Shown: in pieces, positions 38,269 through 52,300 of the stretch
Layout of the letters: each line of letters opens with the position of its first letter
How positions within the stretch are numbered: the first letter of the stretch is position 1
Assembly (NCBI GenBank): GCA_951406725.2
Contig: OX597820.1
Span: 114,576,001-114,640,000 of the forward strand
DNA: 64,000 nt
Direction of reading: 5' to 3'
Source of the DNA: Octopus vulgaris
Lineage: Eukaryota
Program-made: the position numbers and the translations under genes
The notes under the pieces: generated by a model
Told to the model about the DNA's origin: nothing
Database searches by the model: none
Seen by the model: the letters and a program-made list of their open reading frames with translations, nothing else

Positions 38269-39179
38269 GTGTAGTGAGTTGACAGGAGTGGGTGAGTGAT
38301 GTACAAAATACTTTACAATTCTTACATTCCTTTGTGTTCTAAATTCAAATCCTTCTGTGGTTGACTAGGTATTTTTCAAGACTCTTTCAAGTTTTAATAA
38401 ATTTAAGTATCAACAAAATATAATTAACTGTACTTTTCTCCCCAAATTTGAAACTATGTAATTTTATTTCTCTCTCTCTCTCTCTCCCTCCATATTTTTT
38501 TTATAAATCAGCCCAAATTTATTTATGGCCTACATTTTCTCATTTTGGGAATTTTGTACTATGCATGATAATTTCCTAACGTAAAACAATTTGGTTATCA
38601 ATAGCAAGTTCTATATTTCGCTAGTTGCCTATTCATATAGTAAGTTACTGTAAACATTTGTGCTATGTCTTAAAAATAGAACAGCATTTCAGGTTGACCT
38701 ATTTAAAGTCCCCTTGTGTTTTTAGTATGAGTTACTTTTAAGCTTTGTGTGTCACCTGTGTTGTACTTTTACTTAGACCATAACTATTCTTACCAAGTTA
38801 CCCATTTTATAGTAGGCTGTATTGACATCTCATATTGTACTTGTCAACTAACTATCCTAAAGTAAATTGGACAAATATTCTGTGGGTTTTCTTTTTTGTT
38901 TTCTTTTTATATACAACCACCCTTTATTTGCATTACAAATTGAGTCCCCAGCTTATGTCGTGCTCCTTGTTGTTAAGTGGGTCCTTATCTTCTTCTGTGT
39001 TTGTCAACAACTTAAAAATAATACACAGGGTCAACATGAGACCCTGATTGTAAGTACTGGTTCATCTTAAACTTGTAAACTCACTCAACATAATACTTAT
39101 ATTTGAAATGATCATCTTAAACATTTGGGGGTTGCCAAAATATCTAAACTTAGTTTTAACAAGGAATGTTACTATCATT

Positions 39180-39471
39180 ATATATAAATGAATGTGTGTA
39201 TATGTATGTATATATATGTGTGTGTGTGTATGTGTATATATATGTATATATATGTGTATGTATATATATGTGTGTGTGTATACATATATGTATATGTGTA
39301 TATAATGTATATATGTATATGTGTATATATATGTATGTGTATATTTGTATATGTGTATATATGTATGTGTATATATATATGTATATGTGTATATATGTAT
39401 GTGTATATATATATATGTATATGTGTATATATATATATGTGTGTGTGTATATATATATGTGTGTGTGTATA

Positions 39472-39519
<48 letters not shown>

Positions 39520-39527
39520 CATATATA
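39180..39527. repeat. Compound (TA)/(TG) microsatellite
   Basis: Directly visible. Confidence 0.95.
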
Positions 39528-42500
39528 GATTCAACATATGTCAATAGGTTTCTTGAAAAAGAATCAGCCATTTTATGACTAGCTCTTTTACCTTGTTAGC
39601 CTGTATTTTCTTATGAAAGGACCAGTCCGTTATTGAAATATGTAGTAGTACAGACATGTTGCTCTACACAATTGTCATTTGCAGACTAATATCTCAAAGC
39701 TATACAACAACATCTGTAACTTTGAAAATCTGATTCTGAATGCAATACATTCATATGTAACACGTTAACATTTGCCAATGTGCATCTACTCTGGTCTGTT
39801 CTTTATTACTGTACATGTATGTAGCTGTATGCCTATTAAAGCAGACTGTTTCTGTGATGCGTGTTTACTGTACGTTGTAGCTGTACAGTTTGATTCCCCT
39901 TATCTGAAAACGTTTTTTTATTTTTTCTTTGTTTTTATTTTTTACCTGTTTTGTGTACATCTGCAGCTGTAGATATTCATACAAACCTGCATATGTACAT
40001 ATCTCTTCTTATACATTCCTCTTAACGTCCACTTCTATTCTGGTGGGGAGTATTATGTGATGAAGCCGAAAATAAAAAATACTTAAAAAATAAATAAATA
40101 AAATAACTATTACTGTCAAGAAGATGGTTTTATTTTCTTTCTTTGGTTTTTATTTCTTTTCTTAATGTTTTACTGTTATTTTATATTTTACTTATTTTAT
40201 GTTCAGTTAAAACTTGCGAGATTATTGTTATTGTTGTTGTTGTTATACTTTTGTTAATATCTCTAAGTAGAACATAAGCACAGTGGATTGGCAGAATTGT
40301 TAAAGCATCAGACAAAATGCCATGTATTAATTCTTCTGTCTTTCTGGGTTCTAAGTTCAGAACCCACTGCAGTCAACTTTGCTTTTTATCTTTTCAACTC
40401 AATAAAATCAAGTACCAGACAACTACTGGGGCCAATTGAATGGGATGTAGGTAGTCAATACCATTGACCTCAGTGCTTTATTTTGTCAAAAGGTCAAAAA
40501 GCAGAGTTGACCTCGGCGGGATTTGAACTCAGAATATCAGGACTAGTACTGTTAGGCATATTTCAATGCTCTAAATTAGAGATAAGGCTAAGTTATTCAA
40601 GAAGAATTCAGGTGGAGTAGTGAGTGGGTTTTTGTGGATGGGTGATGGCGAGGTTAGTTGAAATGACTAACTTTTGTGAATCTATGGATATTTATTTTCT
40701 CAACTCCCAGAAACATTAGTTAAAATAGTGGCTAGATTTGATCTGAAAGCATACGAGGATAAGACTAAATACTAATTCAAGGTTTTGAGTTGACTGGATT
40801 GTTAAGAGGAAATAACTGCAAGACCAAATGAGCAAAATTAATATTTTATCATGAACAAGAATTGAAAAATTGTATTCTTGATCTAATGCACAATGACATC
40901 AAGAACATACAGTAGCTAATTGTTTCTAGTTCAGTAGAAACTTCATGATCTATCTATATATATATATATATGTGTGTGTGTACATACGTATGCATGTGTG
41001 TGTTTCTAGATGTATGATAGTTGTAAACAAGCATCCTCATCATGCAATCAGTGTCTTTATTTCCAACCTCCTGTGAAAATATGTGTAGCCATGGAGAAAT
41101 ATTACCTTGCTTGGAAACGGATAAAGACTGGTGATAAGAAAGGTATCCAGCTACAGGAAATAAACCTCAATAAAATTCATTTGACCCATAAGAAGCCTGG
41201 AAAAATGAAAGTTTAAATGATGATGATGATAATGATATTGGAAGACAAGTTGTGTATATGATGTGGTTTATGGATGATATAACCAGGTGTATTTACAATT
41301 CTTCCAGTTTAAATAAATGTGACTATGTGTCTGTGTGTTTGTATATGTGAAAGGATACAACTGACAGTTTAATCATCTGTCAGAGAAATCAGTGAATCTG
41401 GTCCATTCTTGGAAGAAAATCCATCAATCTCTTATTGAAAAGAACCCACTAGCTAAGGGTTTGGAGTTTTTTTTTTGTAAGGATTTTGGTGTGTTGCAAT
41501 AGAATTTCCGTTATGCATTTTTCTACATTCTTTGAACTATGCCAGAATATAGAAATCAAAAATATGCTGGAACTTGGACAATTGCATTTTGTCATTAAAA
41601 GATTATTATTCCATGCTATTTGATAAAATTATGATTAGCTTTAATGGTTTGGTCACCTGTTGCCTTAACAGCTATTTGGCAATATAGCACAAGCCAACAG
41701 GACACATTGGATAATGTGACCCTAGATACACTATGCTCAAAAAACAGATTAAAAGCTCATAACCTGAATTTCATCTTAGGTCTTATCAATCAGGATTGAC
41801 CTCAGGTTAACAAATGATCTAGAGCCATGCCATTTCTGCCAACTTTTTAACTAACAAGTAAGATATCTAAATTCCTTAGTAATGGGGTCAGAAAGTCTAA
41901 ACATTCGATTTCTAAGGCATTTTCTCAGAATTATTATCTGCAAAAGTGATGTGAAATTGGTGGGAATTGAAACCAAAATGAAGTTTTGGCTTGTCTCATT
42001 GCTTGTTTTTCTTTTTTTGTTTTTTTTTGCTCACATTCCATTCTAAATAATGATGGTTTCTCAAGAATAGCTACTAATTTTGGTGAAGTATAGTTGTTTC
42101 AATTAACATAATTATGATGTAATTATTCTACAGAATTTAGAGCAGTGACCTTTCATCCTTTTTTATCCAAAGCCCAGTGAATAAGGCACTAAAAGTGTTA
42201 CAATACACTATTTGCTTTTTAAAAAGTTTTATTACATAAAACGAAAACAAATATTCAAATTGTTTTAAAAGAGAGATAAGTGCTCACACTGCCTTTTGCT
42301 ACTGGTGAACATATGTACATTGTCAAAATGCACAAGCATCAGTGAATGTACATTAAAAGCACTCAAATTTTTTTTAATGACCAGATATTTTCTGACTCAC
42401 CTTAAGAATTCATGGCACTCAACAACATGTAGCCAACTCTTTTTCACATGTGGGCACAGTAAGCTGGTCAGGAACATTTGGTCTGTAGGAGCACTAAAAT

Positions 42501-42809
42501 AAGATCTTGGCTACCCAATTTTCTTTTCCAGTTGTTACTAAATTCCTTTTCTTTACTTAGGGTGTGTTCCATAACCAGTGAGATTCCATTAGACTATCAC
42601 GGAAATCTTCACCTTTATGCTGTGATATCACAGGTAATACAATCTGCTCTCACAGGAGAAGCTGAACTCAGCAATTGAAGCTAATAAAACATCAAATTCA
42701 TTATAGTGTCACTACTTTTGTCAGTAAGTTGCACTACTCTGCAGTATCAGTTGATAGTTATGTAAATTGGATTTCTACTTGAATAATAAAATTGAAGTTT
42801 TATATGCTC

Positions 42810-42845
<36 letters not shown>

Positions 42846-43825
42846 TATATTACATCATATTTAATTGTATGCTACAATTTAAGTTGCTATTGATGTTCTG
42901 TTTAATTTTCTATAGGTTGGAATATCTTAGGCTATAGGATTTCTCAGTCAAGGATTATCAAACAACAACTCAATTATATGAAACATTGAGAATCCCTAAG
43001 TTAACCACAAGGCCAGAGATTTTAGGAAGGGACAGTTAAACAAACTGACTTGACTTCTATGTATTTTTATTGAAAACCTACCCAAAAGAATGAAATGATC
43101 TCTTTTGGGGTACAGATTAGAATGTGTCTGTATATAGCAGTAGCGCCATCCTATATATGTTAGCAGTATTTTAATGTGAAATTAAGGTGGCAAGCTGGCA
43201 AAACTATTAGCATACCTGGCAAAATGCTTAGAAACATTTCATCTGTCTTTGTCTTCTGAGTTCAAATGCTGCCAGGGTTGACTTTGCCTTTCATCCTTTC
43301 AAGGTTGATAAAATAAGTACCAGTTGAGTACTGGGGTTAATGTACTCAACTTGACTTCTCCCCCAAAATTTCTGGCCTTGTGCCAAAATTTGAAACCAAT
43401 ATTCTAATATGAATTCTAATTACTTGCGCTTTGTAGAGGGTCATATTGGGAAAGCCTTTAGTAACATTCTCAAAAGAAACTGCAGAACCCCTATGAACAA
43501 CCTCAATGATGATTTAATTTAATGTAGCAAGGCTCAAAAATTTCCCAACCTGACATACTCAGTGTGTATCCTGTGACTCTGTATAAGGGCCTAATTACTA
43601 TTAATAGTTGCCGAAAACACATTTTGAAGGTCCTTATCTGTCTAAGACTACACAGATGTATTAAATATAATTGTATGCAGCTATATTTTAATGGATGCTG
43701 CTTTGAACTCCTCTAATTTGCTAATTTCAGTTTGACCAAACCTTGAGTACATCAGCATATGCCCTATTTACTGTTTAAATATAAAAACAACTATTAGAGT
43801 GCTATGAACCACAGATTCAATATCC

Positions 43826-43871
43826 ACTGCTGATGAAGTGTAACGATACAGAAACACAAATGTGCTCCAGT
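43826..43871 (+). ncRNA. Hammerhead-like motif (imperfect)
   Basis: ACTG-CTGATGA-AG-TGTA-acga-TACA-GAAA-CAC-aaat-GTG-C-TC-CAGT; all three stems can form, but there is a bulged C and no G10.1-C11.1 pair. Confidence 0.5.
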
Positions 43872-44630
43872 CTGATGGCATCATCGTAGCCTAATGATGT
43901 ATTTTTCACACATACTGTCAAACTTTGAGCTGTAGGTCTAACATGCTGCACAGTTTAGCAATGCAACTTGAGCCTGGGGTACTTTTCATCAATATTTACT
44001 CGATTGCAAACATTCAAACCTGGCCTTCAGTTCTGTCTCCACTTACATTTTTCTTGCAGACATTAACCTGCAGATGGATTTCTGGTTGAGAATCAGTTAG
44101 CAACAATTTCAAGGGTCTTTAGACACCTACAAAAAAACATGCCTTTTTTATGTTCAGGCTGAACTATGATTATGTCAATCTGCCAGTCTGGGAAACCTTG
44201 GCCAAAGGCACTGGTCATAGGCACTGACCTTCCTCCTAAAAAAAAAATTTTTTTTAAATCAACATCTCACCCCACTGACATTGTTGTCAGGGATATGGCA
44301 CTAATTCATCCAATGACACGGTACTAAGCAAGCAAAATAAAAATGAAGGTACTTTGGAGAGTTGTTAGTTGTTTCTCAAAATTTCTATTTTAATTTTCTT
44401 TAAAATGTATTTGCTTTCTTTGTGCATGTTGTGACACCAGTAAAGGAGATAGGCTTTCTAAAATTTTTCAAAACTATTTTGTCTAGTTAGGAATCTTGGC
44501 ATCTTAAAATATCTATTTTTCTGCATTATATTTATTATATAAATGTATGTGTCATGAATTGATGTGGAATTTTTTCTCTATTCTGCAGCATTCTTAGAAT
44601 ATATTTAATTCTACCATTTCTAGAAAAACA

Positions 44631-44676
<46 letters not shown>

Positions 44677-44899
44677 AGCAGAAAATGGAGAAAACTTTTG
44701 ATCATTTTCTCCATTTTCTGATTAATTAAATTTGATTCCATATAAACTTTTTTTTATTCAGTTATTACTTGTACCCTATGAGCATGGTGTGCTTGCATAC
44801 CCATGCCCAGCGATAGCTTAGATAAATGATACTGGTAGTAAAAACAGATATACTTATCCCTTAGATGGTTATTCCAACTGCTAACTCTGCTTACCTTAT

Positions 44900-44900
44900 T

Positions 44901-44933
<33 letters not shown>

Positions 44934-44956
44934 GTATGTATATATATATATGTATG

Positions 44957-44991
<35 letters not shown>

Positions 44992-45508
44992 ATATATATA
45001 TGTATGTATATATATATATGTATGTATATATATATATGTATGTATATATATATATGTATGTATATATATATATATGTATGTATGTATGTGTATGTGTGCA
45101 TATACATGTATGTATGTATGTATGTGTATGTGTGCATATACATGTATGTATGTATGTATGTGTATGTGTGCATATACATGTATGTATGTATGTATGTATA
45201 TGTGTGCATATACATGTATGTATGTATGTATGTGTATGTGTGCATATACATGTATGTATGTATGTATGTGTATGTGTGCATATACATGTATGTATGTGTA
45301 TGTGTGCATATACATGTATGTATGTGTATGTGTGCATATACATGTATGTATGTATGTATGTGTATGTGTGCATATACATGTATGTATGTATGTATGTGTA
45401 TGTGTGCATATACATGTATGTGTGTATGTATGTGTATGTGTGCATATACATGTATGTATGTATGTGTATGTGTGCATATACATGTATGTTTGTATGTATG
45501 TATATATG
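44900..45508. repeat. (TA)/(TATG) microsatellite grading into a ~22-30 bp minisatellite
   Basis: Repeated TGTGTATGTGTGCATATACA(TGTA)n units. Confidence 0.95.
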
Positions 45509-46025
45509 GATCAAAACAATTTGATACAAATTTGTTGGTACTCCGAGTTTCAAGTGTGATGCTAATCTTCAGACATTTTGAATTTGAATGAGAGAAGTTC
45601 ATTGTTATTACCATAAGATAGGCTGTGATTGGTCAAGGAAGGTCACGTGATGTTGTGGTTTGATGTTGATGTATCAGCAACAACAATTACGTGGTGTACA
45701 GGTAATTGATCACTTGGTGGACAGGAAATCAGTTGTGTTACTGGAGGAGAAGTAGGAAGGGGCAGTATGTGCAAATATATAGTTGTACATGTGAGTATGT
45801 GAACATGTTCATCTGGTTTTGTATGCATGTCTGTATTGATGCATGTGCATCTCTACATGGGTGCACATGCAGACACCCACACACACACACATGCACACAT
45901 GCACACACATGTACATACATACACATTTACTCACACACACATGCATACATGAGTATACATGCGCATAATAAGCGTTTGTGATTGGTAAGTGTTGGGGATT
46001 GGTATATATATATATATATACATAC

Positions 46026-46060
<35 letters not shown>

Positions 46061-46644
46061 TAAATAGACAGCAGTGTGCAATATTTTACCAAAAAGGAAA
46101 ACTATAATTGTCACTAAATATGACTAGGATGTTAGAAACACCTACATTGCTAGAAATAAGAGCTAAAATGGTCTAATGCTGTAGTCAAAATACATATAAT
46201 TGTATACATATATACTGACAGAGATCATAATTTGCCCTCTCAATTGTTGTTTTTGGGTGATTATGGTCCCTGTCAGTATATATGCATATAATTGTGCTTT
46301 GACTTCAGCATTAGGGCATTTTAGTTCTTATTTCTAGCAATGTTGGTGCTTCTAACACTTTTGTATTATTTAGTGACACTCATGTATATATATATATGCA
46401 AATATAAACAATTTGGCTGCTTGTTTCTCTGGAGATTGTCAAAATGATGTGGATGCCTTTGAAGAGAACCTAATAAGGTTCAAAAATTAATTAAGGTTGT
46501 TCATCATTTCTTTCCAGTCTGCAGAGAAATGGCTAAAATTTGCCCTGTTTATAATTATACCATATGTTACATACATACCGCATGTGTACCGTTGGCGATT
46601 TTTTTTCCTCTGTCTTCCCTTCTCTGGATCTTTCCTTCTCCTAT

Positions 46645-46679
46645 GTTTCTGACGAAGAGCTCCGCTCGAAACGTTAAAC
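46645..46679 (+). ncRNA. Minimal type-I hammerhead ribozyme
   Basis: GTTT-CTGACGA-A-GAGC-tcc-GCTC-GAAA-CGTT-A-AAC; palindromic stem III (AACGTT), as in dimer-acting PLE hammerheads. Confidence 0.8.
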
Positions 46680-46928
46680 CCTCCTTCTTTCCTTCTTTCC
46701 TGAGCGTCCAATAATACTATATTTGTTCCACGTCCTTGTGTTGTGTTTTTTTGTGCTTTCTTGGTTGGATTAACTATATATATATATATATATATAAGTT
46801 CAGCAAAAATTTAGATTCAAATGAATATGGTACTTAATTTAGATGCACCAGAATTTGGTATGGTGTTATCCATAAAAATCCGTGGGTTGATTATAATCAA
46901 AATAAGCAACAAGAATGACTCCGGTAAT

Positions 46929-47014
46929 TTGGTACAATCATTTCATACTACATCATTTTATTAAATGTTGTAAGTATTACAACAGATTTAAGATGCTGAG
47001 TACTCATCAGCCAA
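46929..47014 (-). ncRNA. Type-I hammerhead ribozyme with extended stem II, CpG-decayed
   Basis: TTGG-CTGATGA-GTACT...AGTAT-GAAA-TGATTG-TA-CCAA; the sister copy at 11131-11152 retains GTAC-GAAA-CGATCG-TA-CCAA. Confidence 0.75.
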
Positions 47015-48158
47015 TTATAGAGGTTTTCCATTAATACAAAAATTTTCAAATCAAGTGGCAACATATGGTATAATTAGGGCAAATGCATACATGTATATAT
47101 ATAAATGTGTGCACGCACATGTATGTACATGTGTGCATATATCTATGTACCCACACACACACATGCATATATATGTAAATGTATGTGCATGAGTGTATAT
47201 ATATGCATGCATATGTATGTATGTATATATTTACCTATCTACACGTGTTTGAACTTAAAAGGAAATTGTACTCCATATAGGAGTAGAATGTAATTATGTA
47301 TTGAAGAACTCAGATTATGGTCTGTGACTGCTCAAAGTTTCAAATTAATACCGTTTCCTTAAGTCAGTTCTGAAGTACAAATTACATTTATAACTGAAAT
47401 AACTGTTGGTTGCAATCACACTGAAATAGAAAAAAAAGTAGAGAATATATATATATACACACACACATAGATAGACAGACTACATATATATATGCACACA
47501 CACATACATAACGTTATATATAGATCTATGTATGTACTCATTTCTGTCAGTCATTAAAAAGAAACAAAATTATTTATTAAAAAAATATTTGATAAAAATG
47601 AAGACCTCTCATGAGTGTCTATTAAGCCATGAAGAATTTAAATTTCAAAATGATGAAAGCTGAAGTTTTTAGATATGAAGACCACTAACTGTTAAATTTG
47701 TGAATTTGTGGTAAAATTTAAAAATTTTAAAAACTTTCAGATATTTCTCTTATAATTTGTTTTCTATTAAATTTTGGAGAAACTTTTAAATTAATGATTA
47801 TTTTTCAAAAAATATAATAAAGGAAGTAGATCAATGTCTGTAATGTTTATTTGTCTAATTGTGAGGGAAGTGTTTGTATTTTTAAAAAGTTTCCAATATT
47901 TAATATCAGAACTTAAAATATTTTGTAAAACAGTGGAAAAAATTTTTTTTCTAATTTCTAAAACTTTGAATCTTAACCATTTAAAGACCAGTAATGCTTG
48001 TTAATTTGTGAGAAAAATCTTTAAATTTTTGAAATTGTTAAACATTTCTGAAAAGACAAATTTAAAATTTATGGATAAAAGAAAAAAAATAAAACAAATT
48101 ATCTTTAACAAATTCCAGCAACTTTTATTATTTTTTTTCAAAATTTTAACTATTGTGT

Positions 48159-48198
<40 letters not shown>

Positions 48199-48466
48199 AG
48201 TCAGTGAAAGAAAGAATGTATTCTTATCATTGTTGCCTTCGTTTTCATCATAGTTTTCATGTCCATTTTTCCAATCTTGCAAGACTTCCTTTGAGGCAGC
48301 TTTTCTACCATTGGATGCCCTTCCTGTCACCAACCCTCACCTGTTCCCAAGCAAGGTAAGATTTCCCCATAATCCGTTTTTCAAGAAAGACTGAAAACAA
48401 AGGAAACCACTGCTAAGACAGTGACACTTGCTAACAACTATCACACAATGTCAAACCAAGGAGGCA

Positions 48467-48519
<53 letters not shown>

Positions 48520-49045
48520 AATATATACAGTGCAATACCCATATACAAATGGTGATGATATGCTGTACAACAGCTCTATCCAGCCTAGAAAACCACTCCC
48601 TAATAGCTACTAACTCCCAATAGAATATTGCTCTCACATATGGGACATTGATCCTAAACTGCATTCAAAGAGCAGCCACTTAAATGATGGGCATGAAGTC
48701 AGTCACCAATACACACTAAACTCTATCCCACAGACATGATGTATTCTCTCTCTCTCTGCTTTTTTCTATTGCCACTACAGGGGCTTCTGCATCTTAGGCA
48801 TTTTAGAGCTGGCTGACTTCATATAACCTCTATATACAGCCACTTCTGAATTATTCATCTCTGCATGTCTTGTCATCCGTAGTGTCCTTCCTACATAGAA
48901 TATTATTCCACTGGAATCTCCCTTCACTACCCAAGTTATTCTTGCAGTTGATGATGTGCAACAATTCAGGTGGAACAGTAATCACATCAAATTCCTCAGA
49001 CTCAGAGACCTAGTGATGCAGTGAACACAGACCCTTCCTCCAGAC

Positions 49046-52000
49046 CAGTGATTCTCAGCTGGGGTCCATATAAGATTTTGTTGTTAAAATCTGTCTGCAA
49101 TAACTTCATACTTTTACAATTCACAAAATATGTTAGCAATATTTTTAATACAACTTCTAAAAACATTCAATGATAAGAATAGAGGTGCAGGCATGGCTGT
49201 GTGGTAAGAAGCTTGCTTCCCAACTATATGCTTTTGGGTTCAGTCCCACTGCATGGCACAATGGGCAAGTGTCTTCTGTTATAGCCTCAGGCCAACCAAA
49301 GCCTTGTGAATGGATTTGGTAGTCAGAAACTGAAAGAAACCCATTGTATATATGAACAGTAGTCCCCTGGTATTTGCAGGGGTCATGTTCCTAGAACAAC
49401 CGTGAATAGTTAAAAATCACGTATATTGGATGTGGTCCATAAAAATGCCTATAAATCAAATTATGACAAAATTATATATATATATATAATATTTAATAGT
49501 AATTTAATAAAAAATAAAATAAAATGTACAGTCACTCACCAATAAAAATGGTATTGATTTATGATGATGATGATGAAGATAATGATGGCAATGACTGCAC
49601 AGCAAAGAAGATTTAAAGCTCTTCAGGTGACGCCTCTTCTTCAGCTGTTTCGGGGGATGTCGTATCTTCGTGCAAGGCTTTCTTGGTGGGCTTGAGGAGC
49701 ATTGTGATGGGAAGTTGCTGTTGTTGTTTCTTCATGGTCTGAGGAGAGTTTTATATGTCTGCATAGCAGCAGTGATAGCATTTTTATATTGGAGAGACCG
49801 AACTATATAGGGATCCCATGCTTCCACCTTCACTTGCAATTCCTTTACTGTCCTTAAAAGGATGTTCGATTGCCAGGCCCACCTCATCCTCTTCCTCTGG
49901 ATCTGGTGCTTTCTCCTCTTTGCTGACTCCAACAAATCTTTGTTTGTCAGGGTTTCAGAGTGGGCATTGATGAGGTTGTTGACCTCACCTTGTGTGATGC
50001 CATCAAAACCTTCACCACCAAGTACCTTTGCCAGTTTCCTCACTTTGTTGACAGCCTCATGCTGAATAACTTCAGGTGAGAAGCTCTTGTAGTCCTGGAC
50101 ACACTCTGGCCACACCTTCTTCCAGCATGTGATGAAGGTTTCTGTTTTCATGTCTTTCAGAGCAGCGTGGATGACTGACAGGCACACTGTGATCATGAAG
50201 TAACGCAAGTACTCCTTTAACTTGAAATTCTCATCCGAATCTATTGCGTCCACAGTGTGTTGGAGAGAGTTCTGAGTGTAAAGTGCCTTGAAGGCATGGA
50301 TGATGCCTTGATCCATAGGCTGGATGAGGGAGGTGGTGTTGGCAGGGAGGAACTCGACTTGTATTCCCTCATGATTCAAATCCAAAGAGTGACCACCGGC
50401 ATTGTCCATAACAAGCAATACCTTGAATTCCATGCAAACATTTTGGAGGTATTCCTTGACTTGAACGATGAAGCACTGGTGGAACCAATTCAAAGTTAGA
50501 CTTTTGGTAATCCAAGCCTTGGGGTTGTGTATCGAGTGGACAGGCAGCAGGTTTTTATTCTTATTTTTGAAGGCCCTCGGGGTCGCAGACTTTTTGGATA
50601 AGTTCTGGACCCATCACGAAGACAGCAGCATTGCCACATGTAATTAGCATCACTCTATCCTTCTGTGACTTAAATCCTGGGGCTCTGGCTTCTTCCTTCA
50701 TGACGTACATTCTGGAAGGCATCTTCTTCCAGAACAAGCCAGCCTCATCCATACTGAGAACCTGTTCCGACTTGTCTCCCTTGTCCTCGATGACCTACCT
50801 GAAGGTCTTGAGGTACTTCTTGGCTTTTTTTTTGCTGGCTGATGCTGTCTCTCCATGCAGGGAAACACACTTTATTTTAAACTGTTTTTGGAAACAGTCA
50901 AACCATCCCTCGCTGGTTTGAAAATCTTTGGGCTCCGGTGCTATCAATGGTCTTGGTTGCGGTTCTTTGGTGCCTTCTGCTTTGTCTTTTCAGTTGAACT
51001 GCTGGTATAATTTCCGTGCTTTTCTGTGGATGATGTTACCACTCAAGAGGATGATTTTCTTCTTGCAGACACTGATCCACGATGCCAAGGCAGATTCCAT
51101 CCTGAGGAAGTGCTTATTTCTCACTATTGTTATCTTTTTGCCACTTTTAAAGAAACTTACTGCTCCGGTAGTCCTGATTGCCATCTTGGTTTTTATGTCG
51201 CATATGATGATTTCGTTGACAACATAATAGCGACCTACTGCAGCATAACTTTACCTTCCCGGAACATATCCAGCAGTTGTACCTTCTCATGGAGCATCAT
51301 AACCTTTTTTTGGCACTTAGGTTCACTGCCTTAGAAAGTGTAGGGCATTTGGGTGGCATCTTAGGGCTTTAATAAGACACTGCGAAAAACACAGCACCCA
51401 ACAAAATACTCGAGATAGCTACTGGACACAGTTTTTCCCAAAAGAACCATTAAAATCTTCCTTTCACCTAATATGCACATACCATCAATGGGAGATTAAG
51501 CAGAGATTAAAAATAAGCATGGTTTTCAAAAATATAGTTTGTGCTACCATCAGATATAGTAATCTATACTATAATAATAATAATAATAATAATGAGAGTG
51601 AGACAGAGAGGAAGCAGCAAGTAACCTAACTTCAATTAGGCTAAATTGGCTAATGACCTTCAAAATTATTCGGTCGAAATAAACAATGAGTATGATCAAA
51701 TGTAGTGATTTTGAAAAAAAGTGCTGATAGTCGCTGTACTAATTAGCAAGCTTTGCATGGCTATTGCAATCAGAGGGACCTTCAGCCGCAAAGGGGCACC
51801 CAGTAAACCAGCAAATACATTATATCCTTATCAAAAATTTAGCCTTAAAATGTGTGAACTAGTATATATTGCCACAAAAAGTCCCATAAAAAATCGCGGA
51901 CGATATTTACAATTCTGCGAATATGCGGTGATTTCCATGAACAATTATTAGTTCTGAGAATAAGTGGGGATACGCTATATGTGTGTGTGTGTGTGTGTGT

Positions 52001-52300
52001 CTTTGTTTGTCTCCCAGCAACTGCTTGACAGCCAGTTTGGTGTGTTCATACCCCCGTAACTTAGCAGTTCAGCAATAGAGACTGACAGAATAAGTACTAG
52101 GCTTAAAAAATAAGTCCTGGGGTCGATTTGCTAAACTAAAACCCTTCAAGGCAGTGATCCTGCATGGTCACAGTCAAATGACTGAAACAAAACAATAAAA
52201 GAATATGATTTTTTAACTATTGAATGGCTAGCAGAGTCCATCTGAGTAAAATAGGAATCAAAAGGGGCCACAGATAAAAAAAAATGGTTCAGAAACATTG
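49046..52300. mobile_element. hAT (Charlie-like) MITE split by nested SINE and Tigger
   Basis: Ends CAGTGATTCTCAGC / GGTTCAGAAACATTG with 8-bp TSD-like CTCCAGAC / CTTTAGAC. Confidence 0.65.
49357..51978 (-). mobile_element. Tigger/pogo-like DNA transposon, decayed
   Basis: Left TIR CAGTAGTCCCC; HTH remnants (MESALASWI); MDEAGLFWKKMPSR, LLVMDNAGGH and TTSLIQPMDQGII (DDE_1-type motifs); right TIR degenerate. Confidence 0.88.
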
